Part shown: one piece after another, positions 37,893 to 51,432 of the stretch
Numbering within the stretch: the stretch's first letter is position 1
How the letters are laid out: each line of letters opens with the position of its first letter
NCBI GenBank assembly: GCA_942492875.1
Contig: OW818642.1
Location: 2,478,606-2,542,605 of the forward strand
From: an uncultured Desulfuromonadaceae bacterium
Lineage (GTDB): Bacteria; Desulfobacterota; Desulfuromonadia; Geobacterales; Pseudopelobacteraceae
Direction of reading: 5' to 3'
Length of the DNA: 64,000 nt
The notes under the pieces: generated by a model
Told to the model about the DNA's origin: nothing
Database searches by the model: none
Seen by the model: the letters and a program-made list of their open reading frames with translations, nothing else
Position numbers and translations under genes: made by a program

Positions 37893-38768
37893 TTACCTCG
37901 CGAGGATATCAGCAGCCGTAAAGAGCACGATGGCAATGCTGATATAGCCGTTCATGTTGAAAAACGCCGCATCGAGCTTGTCCAGATTTCCGTCTTTCAG
38001 CAGCCAGTGCTCATACAGCAGCATGGCCGTCGTCACCACGATGCCGCCGAGAAAGATCGGCCCGAGACCCATGAGGTTGTACAGGGTGAAAAGCAGCGCG
38101 ATCATAATCAGGTGGAAAACACGGGCGGCCCAGAGTGACCCCTTTACCCCGAGCAGCACCGGAATCGAGTGCAGTCCTGCCGCGCGGTCAAAGTCAAGAT
38201 CCTGAAGCGCATAGAGGATGTCAAACCCGGCAACCCAGAACAGTACGACACCGCCGAGAACCAGCGCCGGTGCGTCAATTGTACCGCGAATCGCTACCCA
38301 GGCGCCGATAGGAGCCGCCGCCAGGCAGATGCCGAGCACGACGTGAGCCAGGGAGGTGAAGCGTTTGCAGTAGGAGTAGAGCAGCAGGAAGGCCAGGGCT
38401 ATTGGCGAAAGCGTGAGGCAGAGCGGATTGAGCATATATGCCGAGAACAGCAGCAGTGCGGTTGACGCGATAATAAAGATGAAGGTCAGCCCCTTGCCGA
38501 TCAGTCCGGCAGGGATGGCTCTGACGGCGGTACGGGGATTACGGGCGTCTATTTCGGCGTCGATGAGGCGGTTCATCGCCATGGCTGCCGTGCGTGCGCC
38601 GACCATGGCCAGGATAATCCAGGCGGTCTGGCGGAGGGAGGGGAATCCTCCTGCGGCCAGCAGTGCGCCGGTGAATGCGAACGGCAGCGCAAAGATCGTG
38701 TGAGTGAACTTGATCATCTCCAGGAAGATGCCGATCTTTGCGAATGTCTTTGTAGTGGTGGTGGTCAC
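37893..38768 (-). CDS. UbiA-family prenyltransferase (MqnP/4-hydroxybenzoate polyprenyltransferase-like)
   Basis: Nine predicted TM helices. Asp-rich NRLIDAEIDARNPR motif. 4-bp overlaps with its neighbours. Confidence 0.7.
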   Translation of the reverse strand: MTTTTTKTFAKIGIFLEMIKFTHTIFALPFAFTGALLAAGGFPSLRQTAWIILAMVGARTAAMAMNRLIDAEIDARNPRTAVRAIPAGLIGKGLTFIFIIASTALLLFSAYMLNPLCLTLSPIALAFLLLYSYCKRFTSLAHVVLGICLAAAPIGAWVAIRGTIDAPALVLGGVVLFWVAGFDILYALQDLDFDRAAGLHSIPVLLGVKGSLWAARVFHLIMIALLFTLYNLMGLGPIFLGGIVVTTAMLLYEHWLLKDGNLDKLDAAFFNMNGYISIAIVLFTAADILAR

Positions 38769-40165
38769 GGTAAATCGTACTCCTTCCAGCGCCCTGCGAC
38801 GAGGGCCGCTGTTTCGTCAGAAACGTGTACCGCCGGTCGCGGCATACGGCTGCCGGTTGCGTCGATGGCAATCCGGCTGGTGGTTTCATCATGAATAATG
38901 TCGCTGTTGCTGTCGGTGACGTTGATGCCTCTCCAGGCTGCATGGGAGAGCGTGAGCGGTTCTGTATCGGCGCCGACAAACAGCAGCAGTCGTGCCGACC
39001 TGAACCAGGGCAGATCCCACAATTGAGCGGAAACGTTCCGTACCATGCCGGGGTGAGGGTTTTCAAGGGAAATGATCGCGCTTTGGTGGAAAACCCACTC
39101 TGCCGGGAAGTGGATATCGTTTATTCCCGGTACTAACCGTCGCAAAAATGCGAGAAGCAGCCGCTCCCAGGCTAAAGCCATCCAGCAGTCCTCCATCGGC
39201 GGCGGTCCGACAACGGTCGCCGGGATGACGGTGTCAGGGCGGTGGCTGATTGCCGTGACCCTCAGCAAGGCAGCCTGAGCGGCGGGGGAGTAAAATCCGG
39301 TGTGGTTGCCGAACGGCCCCTCGACTACGCTCTCGCCCGGTTCGACATACCCTTCGATGACGACCTCCGCACCGAGCGGAACCTGCAACGGGATACTCCG
39401 GCAGGGGGCTGTGGCAAGCGGCGTTCCGCGCAGAAACCCGGCAAAGGTCATCTCGTCGAGATCACCAGGGAGCGGGAACATGGCGCTGAACAGGATTGCC
39501 GGATCCCCGCCGAGGACAATGGCGACCGGCATTTTTTTGCCCGCCAGGCGGTACTGCTCGGCGTGCCGCGCTCCGCCACTGCCGGCTTTCCACTGGATCG
39601 CAACGTCACGTTCACTCCGCAGCTGAATCCGGTACATCCCGCAATTCTGCGTGGTGCCCTCCGGATCGCACGTAAAAACCTGCGGCAGGGTGATGTAGCG
39701 TAGGTGGCCGCTGGCCTCGCCATCGCCCGGCCAGCTCTGCAGAAAAGGGAAACGTGCAAGATTCGGGGGATTCATTCCGACCAGTGCTGGGTCCGCTTTC
39801 GTGTCAGCATGGGGGGCAAAGCGGCTGAATTCGGGCAGAGCGGCAATCTGGCGGTCGAGTGTCTTGATATCAGGCTCAGCTATCCGGTCGAGCAGTGCGC
39901 TTAATCTAACCGTCAGCTCGTCCAGGTCAGCCACACCGAGCGCGCGGCTGACCCGTTGCCGTGACCCGAACAGGTTGGTTGCCACGGGAAAGTTGCTTCC
40001 TGTCGGCTGCTCAAAGAGCAGCGCTCTGCCGCCGTCCTGCTGTTTGCAGACCCGGTCGGTTATGGCGGCGATCTCCAGGAGGGGATCGACTTCAGCAGTG
40101 ATACGGCTTAGCTCGTGGTCAGCTTCGAGGATGGCGATGAATTGGTGGAGATCGTTGGCAGACAT
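38765..40165 (-). CDS. ubiD: UbiD-family (prFMN-dependent) decarboxylase
   Basis: UbiD-family pattern across the full length (about 466 aa). Confidence 0.75.
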   Translation of the reverse strand: MSANDLHQFIAILEADHELSRITAEVDPLLEIAAITDRVCKQQDGGRALLFEQPTGSNFPVATNLFGSRQRVSRALGVADLDELTVRLSALLDRIAEPDIKTLDRQIAALPEFSRFAPHADTKADPALVGMNPPNLARFPFLQSWPGDGEASGHLRYITLPQVFTCDPEGTTQNCGMYRIQLRSERDVAIQWKAGSGGARHAEQYRLAGKKMPVAIVLGGDPAILFSAMFPLPGDLDEMTFAGFLRGTPLATAPCRSIPLQVPLGAEVVIEGYVEPGESVVEGPFGNHTGFYSPAAQAALLRVTAISHRPDTVIPATVVGPPPMEDCWMALAWERLLLAFLRRLVPGINDIHFPAEWVFHQSAIISLENPHPGMVRNVSAQLWDLPWFRSARLLLFVGADTEPLTLSHAAWRGINVTDSNSDIIHDETTSRIAIDATGSRMPRPAVHVSDETAALVAGRWKEYDLP

Positions 40166-40273
40166 GGGGGAACTATATCAGCTTTCAGGCGTTTTTGCAG
40201 GCTTAATCAGCGGCGGGGGTGTGGCTTTCCGGGGCGGAAGGACAACGCTTCCTTGGCAGGCAGCCGGCGGCAG

Positions 40274-41800
40274 TTACCCTGCTGCCTGCCAGAAGCCGTG
40301 ATAGCTGAAGGGGCAGTGGTGGCGCAGATGCACCCGTGCCAGCGGCCCCTCCTCAAGCCGCTGCGCATCCAACACGGCCAGAAAGCTGGTGCCTGTCCGG
40401 CTGTCGAGGCATTCGCTGAGCAGCCACCCCTCATCGCTCGTACCATGCGGTTTTGGTACGAAAACAGGCTCGCTGCAGAAGACCTGATTGCCAAAATCAT
40501 AGCGGTTAAACCCGCCCCCCAGAGTGTCGAAACGGGCCAGGGCATTCCAGAAAAAGCTCCCTGCATGTGCCTCGCACATATAGGCGTAGCGGTACGGCCC
40601 GCAGAGACGGCGCTCGTCGATGCGCGGCCACTCGTAACTCCCACTCGCGAGGATTTCGCTGCTGACCTTTTTCTCGTTCACATCGATACGATAGCGCCGC
40701 AGCACTCCGGGATAGGCATGCTCCCCGCTGCGCCCCTGCATGACCGCCGAGATGACCGGATCGTTGCCGATGAAATGGTCCGGGTTGTCGTAACCGATAA
40801 AATCGGCCGTAATCTTTCCCCCCTCGTCGAAGGCATTGATTGAATGCCACATGAAGCAGGCCGGGGCCTCCAACTGGATGGGGTGCGCTACCGGATCGCG
40901 CGGTATCACCAGCAACAGGTTGCCTTTTTCCGGGCGCCAGCGCATGGAGTCGGAAATGCTGCGCACGCCGAGCAGGGCTGGCCAGAAGTCGATCTCCGCC
41001 GGCTGCAGGCTAATGATCAGGTAGTTGGTAGAGACGAACCAGTCGTGGAGGTAGACGAAGCGGGGCAGGGGGATTGAGCGCCGCCAGGCGAGGGAGCCGT
41101 CGGCGCGGAAGACCGTCAGCTGCAACAGTGGGGTAGCTCCGTAACGGACCCCGAAGTGCAGCCACTCGCCGTTACGGGGATCGATCTTGGAGTGGGCCGC
41201 GTAGATCGTTTCTTCGCGCGGTACCCCCAAGGTGGTCTCACCCACGGTCGCCAGGGTGTCCGGATCCAGCTCGTAGGGGAAGGAAGATTCGTCAAAGGCG
41301 TAGAGCCGGCCGTTGACCAGGTAGACTGTAATGCCGGCCTGGCTCTTGATCCCGTTGGTGATCCAGAAATTGGGCCACCAGCCGCCGGGTGCCTGACTGC
41401 TCCAGGAGGGATGGATGTACCGTCCGGCAGCTGATTCGGAGAGGTATTTCTCCGTACGGACGAAGCGGGTGCGGTAGTGAACCCTGCTCCCCTGAAAGCG
41501 GAAATGCTGGATCATGCCGTCGCCGTCCAGGATAGTGCGCTTGCGCAGCCCCCCGCGATCGAACAGGCCAGGGCCGTTACGGTAGAGAGAGCCGTGCAGC
41601 CCTTCCGGCAGGCTCCCTTCGATCCGGCATTCATAATCCTGCTCCTGGGGGAGGGATTCAGCCAGGGCGTGATAGGGGAGCCGCGCCAGGTTGGACAGAA
41701 TCCTGTCGTCGAGTTTTACGTGAGGGCTGGTGGCGCAGCCTGGGGTCATCAGGCTTGTGCCTGTCAGGGCCAACATTTTCAAAAAATCACGTCGTTGCAA
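40274..41800 (-). CDS. Carotenoid cleavage oxygenase (RPE65/CCO) family protein with Tat signal peptide
   Basis: Twin-arginine motif QRRDFLKMLALTG. Conserved His ligands and CCO beta-propeller pattern. Confidence 0.7.
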   Translation of the reverse strand: MQRRDFLKMLALTGTSLMTPGCATSPHVKLDDRILSNLARLPYHALAESLPQEQDYECRIEGSLPEGLHGSLYRNGPGLFDRGGLRKRTILDGDGMIQHFRFQGSRVHYRTRFVRTEKYLSESAAGRYIHPSWSSQAPGGWWPNFWITNGIKSQAGITVYLVNGRLYAFDESSFPYELDPDTLATVGETTLGVPREETIYAAHSKIDPRNGEWLHFGVRYGATPLLQLTVFRADGSLAWRRSIPLPRFVYLHDWFVSTNYLIISLQPAEIDFWPALLGVRSISDSMRWRPEKGNLLLVIPRDPVAHPIQLEAPACFMWHSINAFDEGGKITADFIGYDNPDHFIGNDPVISAVMQGRSGEHAYPGVLRRYRIDVNEKKVSSEILASGSYEWPRIDERRLCGPYRYAYMCEAHAGSFFWNALARFDTLGGGFNRYDFGNQVFCSEPVFVPKPHGTSDEGWLLSECLDSRTGTSFLAVLDAQRLEEGPLARVHLRHHCPFSYHGFWQAAG

Positions 41801-42026
41801 GGCAGGCTCCTAAGCGTAGGTTGCGCTCGGTCTCATCATGCTCTTCAGTAAAGCCGATCGGATAGGCGTGATTCTGCGTGCAGTCGTTCAGCAGACCGCC
41901 GGAGCAGATGCGCTCCTTGTAGATGGTCAGGATGGAGAGTGAGGGGAGTTTGTCGCTGAGATGAAGTGCGGCCCCCAGGGGTGCGGGGCCGGTGCTGATG
42001 ATGATTTCATTGCGGGTGGATGTCAT
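41787..42026 (-). CDS. 79-aa ORF resembling the N-terminal FAD-binding segment of a geranylgeranyl-reductase-type flavoprotein; possible gene remnant
   Basis: IIISTGPAPLGAALHL and ICSGGLL are degenerate GxGxxG and CGGG motifs. Overlaps the CCO start by 14 nt. Confidence 0.25.
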   Translation of the reverse strand: MTSTRNEIIISTGPAPLGAALHLSDKLPSLSILTIYKERICSGGLLNDCTQNHAYPIGFTEEHDETERNLRLGACLATT

Positions 42027-42056
42027 GGGTGGACCTCCGGGAAAACCGTTCCGCTC

Positions 42057-43592
42057 TTAACCTCCGAAGCGGTTCCGGTAATACTCGCTCCCCCTCCGGC
42101 GCAGGATGGCCAGGCGATAGAGCTCGTCGTATTTATGGGCTGCCGCTTCCCAGGTAAAATGCTTCTGCATGCCGTTTTTACGCAGCGCGGCAAGCCCCTT
42201 GGGATTGTTGAAGAAGGTCCAGGCAGCCCAGCCGACCGTATCGAACAGTGCGGTGGCGCTGTGATTCCAGAACTTGAAGCCATCGCCGGTCATGACCGCT
42301 TCGTTGAAGTTCTCGACACTGTCGTCAAGGCCGCCGGTGGCACGGACGATCGGGGGGGTGCCGTAGGCGAGAGAATACATTTGGTTCAGTCCGCACGGTT
42401 CAAAGGCGGAGGGCATGACGAAAAAGTCGGCGCCAGCCTCAACCTTGTGGGCAAGAGCTTCGTTATAGCCGATATAGCAGGCAAATTTCTCAGGATAGAG
42501 CGCCGCAATGTCGCCGAAATAGAAATGGGCCCACGGTTCACCGTTGCCGACCACGACGAACTGGCAATCCATCTCCATGATGCGGTGAATCGCCTCGGCC
42601 AGAATGTCGGTCCCTTTCTGCTTGACCATGCGCGAGACGATCCCGAACAGCGGCACATCGTCCCGCAGCGGCAGTCCCATGGTTTCCTGGAGATCACGTT
42701 TGCAGGCGGCTTTCCCTTTTTTTGCGGTGCGCGCCGTATAGTTGGCGGCGATGAATGGGTCTGTCGCCGGATTCCACTCCTCGTAATCGACGCCGTTGAG
42801 GATGCCGCTCAGATCAGCCGCTCGCTCCTGGATAGTCCCTTCAAGTCCCCAGCCAAAAGCTGCGGTCTGAATCTCCCGGGAATACTCTTCGCTGACCGTG
42901 TTGAGCAGGGTCGCGTGATAGATGCCGCCTTTCAACAGATTGACCTGATCGTTCATCTCCAGCTCAAGATAGTTGAAATGCTTCCAGCCGACCCCGAGTA
43001 CGTCCATGAGGCCGGGATAAAAATTCCCCTGGTGCTGCATGTTGTGGAGGGTCAACAGCGAAGCGGCGTTACCGACATAGCGGTCGTGCAGGTAGGAGGT
43101 GTTGAGCAGCACCGGGATGACTCCGGTGTGCCAGTCGTGGGCGTGGATCACGTCCGGCGACCAGTCAAGCATTTTGCAGAGTTCAAGCGAGGCTTTTGAG
43201 AGGAAGACAAAGCGGTTGTCGTTGTCGAGGTACCCCTCGCCACCCTGCTGATAGAGGCCGGAGCGGCCGTAATAGGCTTCGTGCTCAAGGAAATAAACCG
43301 GCACGTCGCTCCCCGGAAGCCGCCCTTCCCAGACACCGCAGTACTGGTGGCCGATGATTCCCATCGGCACGACCAGTGTCCCCGGTAACAGCTTCAGGCC
43401 ATACTTCTCCGGCTTGATACTGTAGTAGCGTGGCAGCACAATCCGTACATCATGCCCCATGCGGGCCAGATATTTGGGCAGCGCGCCGACAACGTCGCCG
43501 AGACCACCCTCCTTGGCAAAGGGGGCGGTCTCGGATGCGGAGAACAGTATGGAGATCGGCTTGGCCGGTTTCTTCACGTGAGCTGCTGACAT
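42057..43592 (-). CDS. glgA: Glycogen synthase
   Basis: KEGGLGDVVGALP motif. GT5 full length. Confidence 0.9.
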   Translation of the reverse strand: MSAAHVKKPAKPISILFSASETAPFAKEGGLGDVVGALPKYLARMGHDVRIVLPRYYSIKPEKYGLKLLPGTLVVPMGIIGHQYCGVWEGRLPGSDVPVYFLEHEAYYGRSGLYQQGGEGYLDNDNRFVFLSKASLELCKMLDWSPDVIHAHDWHTGVIPVLLNTSYLHDRYVGNAASLLTLHNMQHQGNFYPGLMDVLGVGWKHFNYLELEMNDQVNLLKGGIYHATLLNTVSEEYSREIQTAAFGWGLEGTIQERAADLSGILNGVDYEEWNPATDPFIAANYTARTAKKGKAACKRDLQETMGLPLRDDVPLFGIVSRMVKQKGTDILAEAIHRIMEMDCQFVVVGNGEPWAHFYFGDIAALYPEKFACYIGYNEALAHKVEAGADFFVMPSAFEPCGLNQMYSLAYGTPPIVRATGGLDDSVENFNEAVMTGDGFKFWNHSATALFDTVGWAAWTFFNNPKGLAALRKNGMQKHFTWEAAAHKYDELYRLAILRRRGSEYYRNRFGG

Positions 43593-43593
43593 G

Positions 43594-44238
43594 TTATTTT
43601 GGTACGCTTTCCCAGTCCTTCAGGAATTTCTCGATACCGGCGTCGGTCAGCGGGTGTTTGGCAAGCTGGATCATGACCGAATAGGGGATGGTGGCGACAT
43701 CGGCGCCGATCATGGCCGAATCGAGGACGTGGATCGGATTGCGGATGCTGGCAACGATGATTTCGGCCATGTAGCCGTAGTTGTCAAAAATGGTGCGGAT
43801 CTCTTCGATGATTCCCATGCCGTTCTGTGAAATGTCGTCAAGCCGGCCGACAAAAGGAGAAACGTAGGTGGCGCCGGCCTTGGCTGCGAGCAGCGCCTGC
43901 ATTGAGGTGAAGATCAGCGTTACGTTGGTTTTGATCCCTTTTTCGGTGAGAGCCTTGCAGGCCTTGAGTCCTTCCGGTGTCATCGGCAATTTGACGACGA
44001 TGTTCTTGTGAATTTTGGCAAGTTCCTTGCCTTCCTTGATCATCCCCGGGGCATCCAGCGCGATGACTTCGGCAGAGATAGGGCCGTCAACGATGGAGAC
44101 GATCTCCTTGATGACGTCCTTGAACTTACGTCCCGATTTGGCAATCAGTGACGGGTTGGTGGTGACGCCGTCTACCAGGCCGAGTGCGTGTGCTTCGCGA
44201 ATTTCTTTTACATCTGCTGTGTCGATAAAAAATTTCAT
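43594..44238 (-). CDS. Fructose-6-phosphate aldolase/short-form transaldolase
   Basis: [18 protein letters not shown] motifs. 214 aa. Confidence 0.8.
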   Translation of the reverse strand: MKFFIDTADVKEIREAHALGLVDGVTTNPSLIAKSGRKFKDVIKEIVSIVDGPISAEVIALDAPGMIKEGKELAKIHKNIVVKLPMTPEGLKACKALTEKGIKTNVTLIFTSMQALLAAKAGATYVSPFVGRLDDISQNGMGIIEEIRTIFDNYGYMAEIIVASIRNPIHVLDSAMIGADVATIPYSVMIQLAKHPLTDAGIEKFLKDWESVPK

Positions 44239-44514
44239 CTATTCCTCCGGATTTGATGGTGAACTATGGTCAAGTTGTTCGCGGTATTTTTCAAGGCAGT
44301 TCATGGAGCAAAAATAGTGGCGCTGGCCGTCATGTCTGCCGATGACCGCCGTTTCCTCGGTAACATATACGCCGCAGACCGGGTCGCGGTAGGTGTCTAC
44401 GCCTTGGTCACGGTCATTGGGGTACTTTGCCAGCGGTTTTCCGGCAGCGGTTAACGAGATAATAATGCGGTAGCCGATATACAGTAGCAGGCCAATAATG
44501 AGGAATCTGATCAC
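44239..44514 (-). CDS. Membrane-anchored YHS/TRASH-domain protein
   Basis: N-terminal TM. PVCGVYV...YFCSMNC metal-binding motif. Confidence 0.45.
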   Translation of the reverse strand: MIRFLIIGLLLYIGYRIIISLTAAGKPLAKYPNDRDQGVDTYRDPVCGVYVTEETAVIGRHDGQRHYFCSMNCLEKYREQLDHSSPSNPEE

Positions 44515-44528
44515 ACCTGCTCTCCCGG

Positions 44529-45017
44529 TTATATCTTTACAACGGTCTCGTCGGATTTCAGCGAGCCGAGTAGTTCGTGAATTGTCTTCCCGGTCAGGGG
44601 GAGCAGCAGATCCGGTGCTATTTCGCAGAGCGGTTGCAGGACGAAGCGGCGTTCCGTCAGCCGCGGGTGTGGTATCACCAGGTCAGCTTCGCTAATGACG
44701 CTGTCGCCATACAGCAACAGGTCGAGATCCATTCTGCGGGGCCCTTGATGGATCGTTCTGACGCGACCGAAACATTCATCTTCGATCCGCAGAAGGTGTG
44801 TCAGCAGGGAGTGGGCGTCAAGACGTGTCGAGAGTCTGAGTACCGCGTTGTAGAACGAGTCCTGCTCAACGTTGCCGACCGGAGATGTCTCGTAAAATGA
44901 TGAGAGCGCAGTCACTTTACTACCCGGCAGCCTGCCTACTTCGGCGACGGCCCGCAGCAGGTTGAGTTCACGGTCTCCCATGTTGGAGCCGAGTGCTATG
45001 TAGGCTTCGATTTCCAC
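44529..45017 (-). CDS. folK: 2-amino-4-hydroxy-6-hydroxymethyldihydropteridine diphosphokinase
   Basis: AYIALGSNMGD...RMDLDLL...PHP motifs. Confidence 0.85.
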   Translation of the reverse strand: MEIEAYIALGSNMGDRELNLLRAVAEVGRLPGSKVTALSSFYETSPVGNVEQDSFYNAVLRLSTRLDAHSLLTHLLRIEDECFGRVRTIHQGPRRMDLDLLLYGDSVISEADLVIPHPRLTERRFVLQPLCEIAPDLLLPLTGKTIHELLGSLKSDETVVKI

Positions 45018-45305
45018 CCGGTGATTAAAGCATAACGGCTCCGGTGCGTCAACCGTAACCCCCCGTTTTTTCCAAAAAACACCCTGGCAACTAGGAGGGG
45101 AAGTTACCAGGGCAAATGAGGATTCGTGGGAATCCTCGCAAGATTATCTCTCATTTAAATATACCAGCACCACCGTATGATGGCAAGCGTATAAGTTGTA
45201 ACTGGCCGGTATCTAAGGGAAAACAATAATAACGAGAGCAATGGGAACGGTCACGCAGCTAATAGATAGCCGGGTTGTCTCGTCACTCTGCGTGCCACTC
45301 CGAGT

Positions 45306-46193
45306 CTAACGCGGGGGGAGTGATGCGGCCAGCCCCTCAGACAGATCGGCATAGCGAAGTTTTACGTCCAGTCGCTCCAGCATGCGGCTGTTGTCGATGA
45401 TTCGCGACTGGCTGACATACGACAGCATCAGTGGTGACATAACCTTGTGAGCTTCAGCCATGGTCACCTGCGGCTGGCGCGGGAAGCCGAGGATATCGGC
45501 GCAGGCGTTGAAATATGCTGTCATACTCGACGGGTGTCCGTCGCTGATATTGAAGATGTCGCCGGCCATCCCCTTTTCCGCCGCCGCAATAGTGACGGTT
45601 GTCAGGTCGTCGGCATGGATGCGGTTGCTCGGGCCGGACTCGTCCTCGTTCAGAAGCGGCTGCCCCTGGCTGATCTGCATCAGCGGCAGGCGTCCCGGGC
45701 CATAGATGCCGCTCACCCGCAAAATCACCACAGGGACAGCGTGGGCAGCACCATATTCTTTAAAGGCGGACTCGGCATCGAGACGGCGTTTGCCCATGGC
45801 AGAATCGGGCGAGGTCGGAGACTCTTCCGTTATGGCATCGCCACCGCTCCCGCTGTAAACGGAGGTGGCACTCATGTAGACGATCTTCAGCGGTTTCCCG
45901 CTCTCCGCTATGCTGGCGATAAAGTTTCTGGCCCGGCTGTCAGTGATCCCCCCCCCGGGAGGCGGTGCGAGGTAGAAAAGAACGCTGTCCGTCAGATTCA
46001 GTTCCGGAATAGTCGTTGGATCATCGAGGGTGGCGATAACGGTTGTACAGCCGGCGGATTCGAGTCGTGATCCGTTTTCCGGAGACCTGACGAGGCAGGT
46101 AACGTCGCTTCCAGATTCCAGATATGCCCGCGCTATCCTTTCGCCGATGTAACCACACCCTGCGATAAACACCTTCTGCATGATATTCTCCAT
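45306..46193 (-). CDS. NAD-dependent epimerase/dehydratase (SDR) family protein
   Basis: N-terminal Rossmann fold (FIAGCGYIGERIA). YxxxK-type region. Confidence 0.65.
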   Translation of the reverse strand: MENIMQKVFIAGCGYIGERIARAYLESGSDVTCLVRSPENGSRLESAGCTTVIATLDDPTTIPELNLTDSVLFYLAPPPGGGITDSRARNFIASIAESGKPLKIVYMSATSVYSGSGGDAITEESPTSPDSAMGKRRLDAESAFKEYGAAHAVPVVILRVSGIYGPGRLPLMQISQGQPLLNEDESGPSNRIHADDLTTVTIAAAEKGMAGDIFNISDGHPSSMTAYFNACADILGFPRQPQVTMAEAHKVMSPLMLSYVSQSRIIDNSRMLERLDVKLRYADLSEGLAASLPPR

Positions 46194-46200
46194 ACTACAA

Positions 46201-46467
46201 TTAGGAAAGAAGTGACTTTACGATCGGTGCCATTGCTCCGGTTTCAGCTGTAATTATCGCCTTGCGCTCATCGGCCGTCATAAGCTGTTTGAGGTGTTTC
46301 TTGGCACCCTTTTTACTTCCGGCTATTGTTTCCGCCATCTTGCAGAGAATCCCGATCGGTACCCCGTTACGGAACCCCTGCACCAGTTTTTCTATTTCGT
46401 CGCTGCGCTGTTTATCAGTCCAGGTTTTGAACAGTGACGCGCCCAGGTCGTTGTTGTCGTTCAGCAT
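46201..46467 (-). CDS. Hypothetical small protein
   Basis: ORF only. Confidence 0.3.
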   Translation of the reverse strand: MLNDNNDLGASLFKTWTDKQRSDEIEKLVQGFRNGVPIGILCKMAETIAGSKKGAKKHLKQLMTADERKAIITAETGAMAPIVKSLLS

Positions 46468-46548
46468 ATCATCACTCCGATGGATAAATTTAAAAGCCCC
46501 GCAGATTCCTCTGCGGGGCCGGATTGTAACATTACTTACAACAGGAAA

Positions 46549-50124
<3,576 letters not shown>

Positions 50125-50219
50125 GTACTGCCTCCTCGTTTTTTTGGTACGTTAACCTATCTGGTTGTGTGCAAATGTTCTGTTTTTATAACAGTGTCAG
50201 CTTTGAGAATATGATGCTG

Positions 50220-50825
50220 TTATAATTCGTTTCTACCCTGAAGCGCCCACTGTACCGTAGCCGCATCGACAAATTCAATATCGCTCCCGAGCGGGATGCC
50301 GTGTGCCAGACGGCTTATCTTGACTCCGGCCGGTTTAAGCATTCTCGTCAGGTAGAGCGCCGTTGCTTCGCCCTCTACGGTGAAGTTGGTGGCAATTACC
50401 ACTTCATTGACCTGTCCGGCTCCGATGCGCTCTACAAGCTCCGTGATCCTCAGGTTGGCCGGGCCGATGCCGGACAGTGGCGAGATGGCTCCTTCCAGGA
50501 CATGGTACACGCCCTGGTAGGCGTTGCTCCGTTCCAGGGCCATCAGATCCTGTGAGTTCTCAACGACGCAGATGATGCTGGAATCCCGGTTGCCTGAGCA
50601 GATGGCGCAGGGATCATTCTCCGTAATGGCAAAACAGGTCGAACAGGGGCGAACCCGGTCTCTGACCTCACAAAGAGACTCTGACAATGCTGTCAGGTTG
50701 CGCGGAGATTTGAGAAGATGGAATGCGAGACGGAGCGCGGTCCGCTCACCGACCCCGGGCAACTTCTTCAATTCTCCTACCAATCGCATGAGTGATGATG
50801 ATTTTGTTAACATAAATTCCGGCAC
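50220..50825 (-). CDS. recR: Recombination protein RecR
   Basis: C4 zinc finger (CSTCFAITENDPCAIC). Toprim domain. Confidence 0.9.
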   Translation of the reverse strand: MPEFMLTKSSSLMRLVGELKKLPGVGERTALRLAFHLLKSPRNLTALSESLCEVRDRVRPCSTCFAITENDPCAICSGNRDSSIICVVENSQDLMALERSNAYQGVYHVLEGAISPLSGIGPANLRITELVERIGAGQVNEVVIATNFTVEGEATALYLTRMLKPAGVKISRLAHGIPLGSDIEFVDAATVQWALQGRNEL

Positions 50826-51066
50826 AAATAAAACATTTTTTTAGTATTATAGCGTGGTTAAAAAAGAAGCTCCCCCGCACTGGACGGGTCAATGTGTGAC
50901 CTAAAACCACGGAGGAGCATTAAAAACAGGAATCTTTGGCTGCGACGATACATCAGATTATGGCACCGTATACACGTGTTACTATTAGTCGAACTAAAAC
51001 ATTTAGCTAAATCAAAGTACAGCCTCGTGATGATACGCTGGGTAAACTGGCAACTAGCTGATATAC

Positions 51067-51381
51067 CTAGAAAAGCCCCGGGATGCTCATGCCTCCGGTG
51101 ATTTTGGACATTTCATCGCCCATCTCGGCGTGAACTTTCTTTAAAGCCTCGTTCGCAGCAGTAATGACAAGGTCCTGAAGCATTTCTATATCATTCGGGT
51201 CAACAGCCTCTTTTTTTATTTCCAGTGAAATAATCTCGTTTTTACCGTTTACCTTTATCGTTACGGCTCCGCCGCCGGATGTTGCCACGGCAGTTTTCAG
51301 GCTGGCTTCCTCCTGCAGTTTAGACATCTTCTGCTGAATCATCTGAGCCTGCTTCATGATATTTGCTAATCCCTTTGACAT
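51067..51381 (-). CDS. ybaB: Nucleoid-associated protein YbaB/EbfC
   Basis: 104 aa with the characteristic MQ...MQQ N-terminus. Confidence 0.85.
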   Translation of the reverse strand: MSKGLANIMKQAQMIQQKMSKLQEEASLKTAVATSGGGAVTIKVNGKNEIISLEIKKEAVDPNDIEMLQDLVITAANEALKKVHAEMGDEMSKITGGMSIPGLF

Positions 51382-51432
51382 TTTTTCCCCCTCAACTTTT
51401 CTTTTATATTGCTTCAGTAACGTCAGGTTCCG

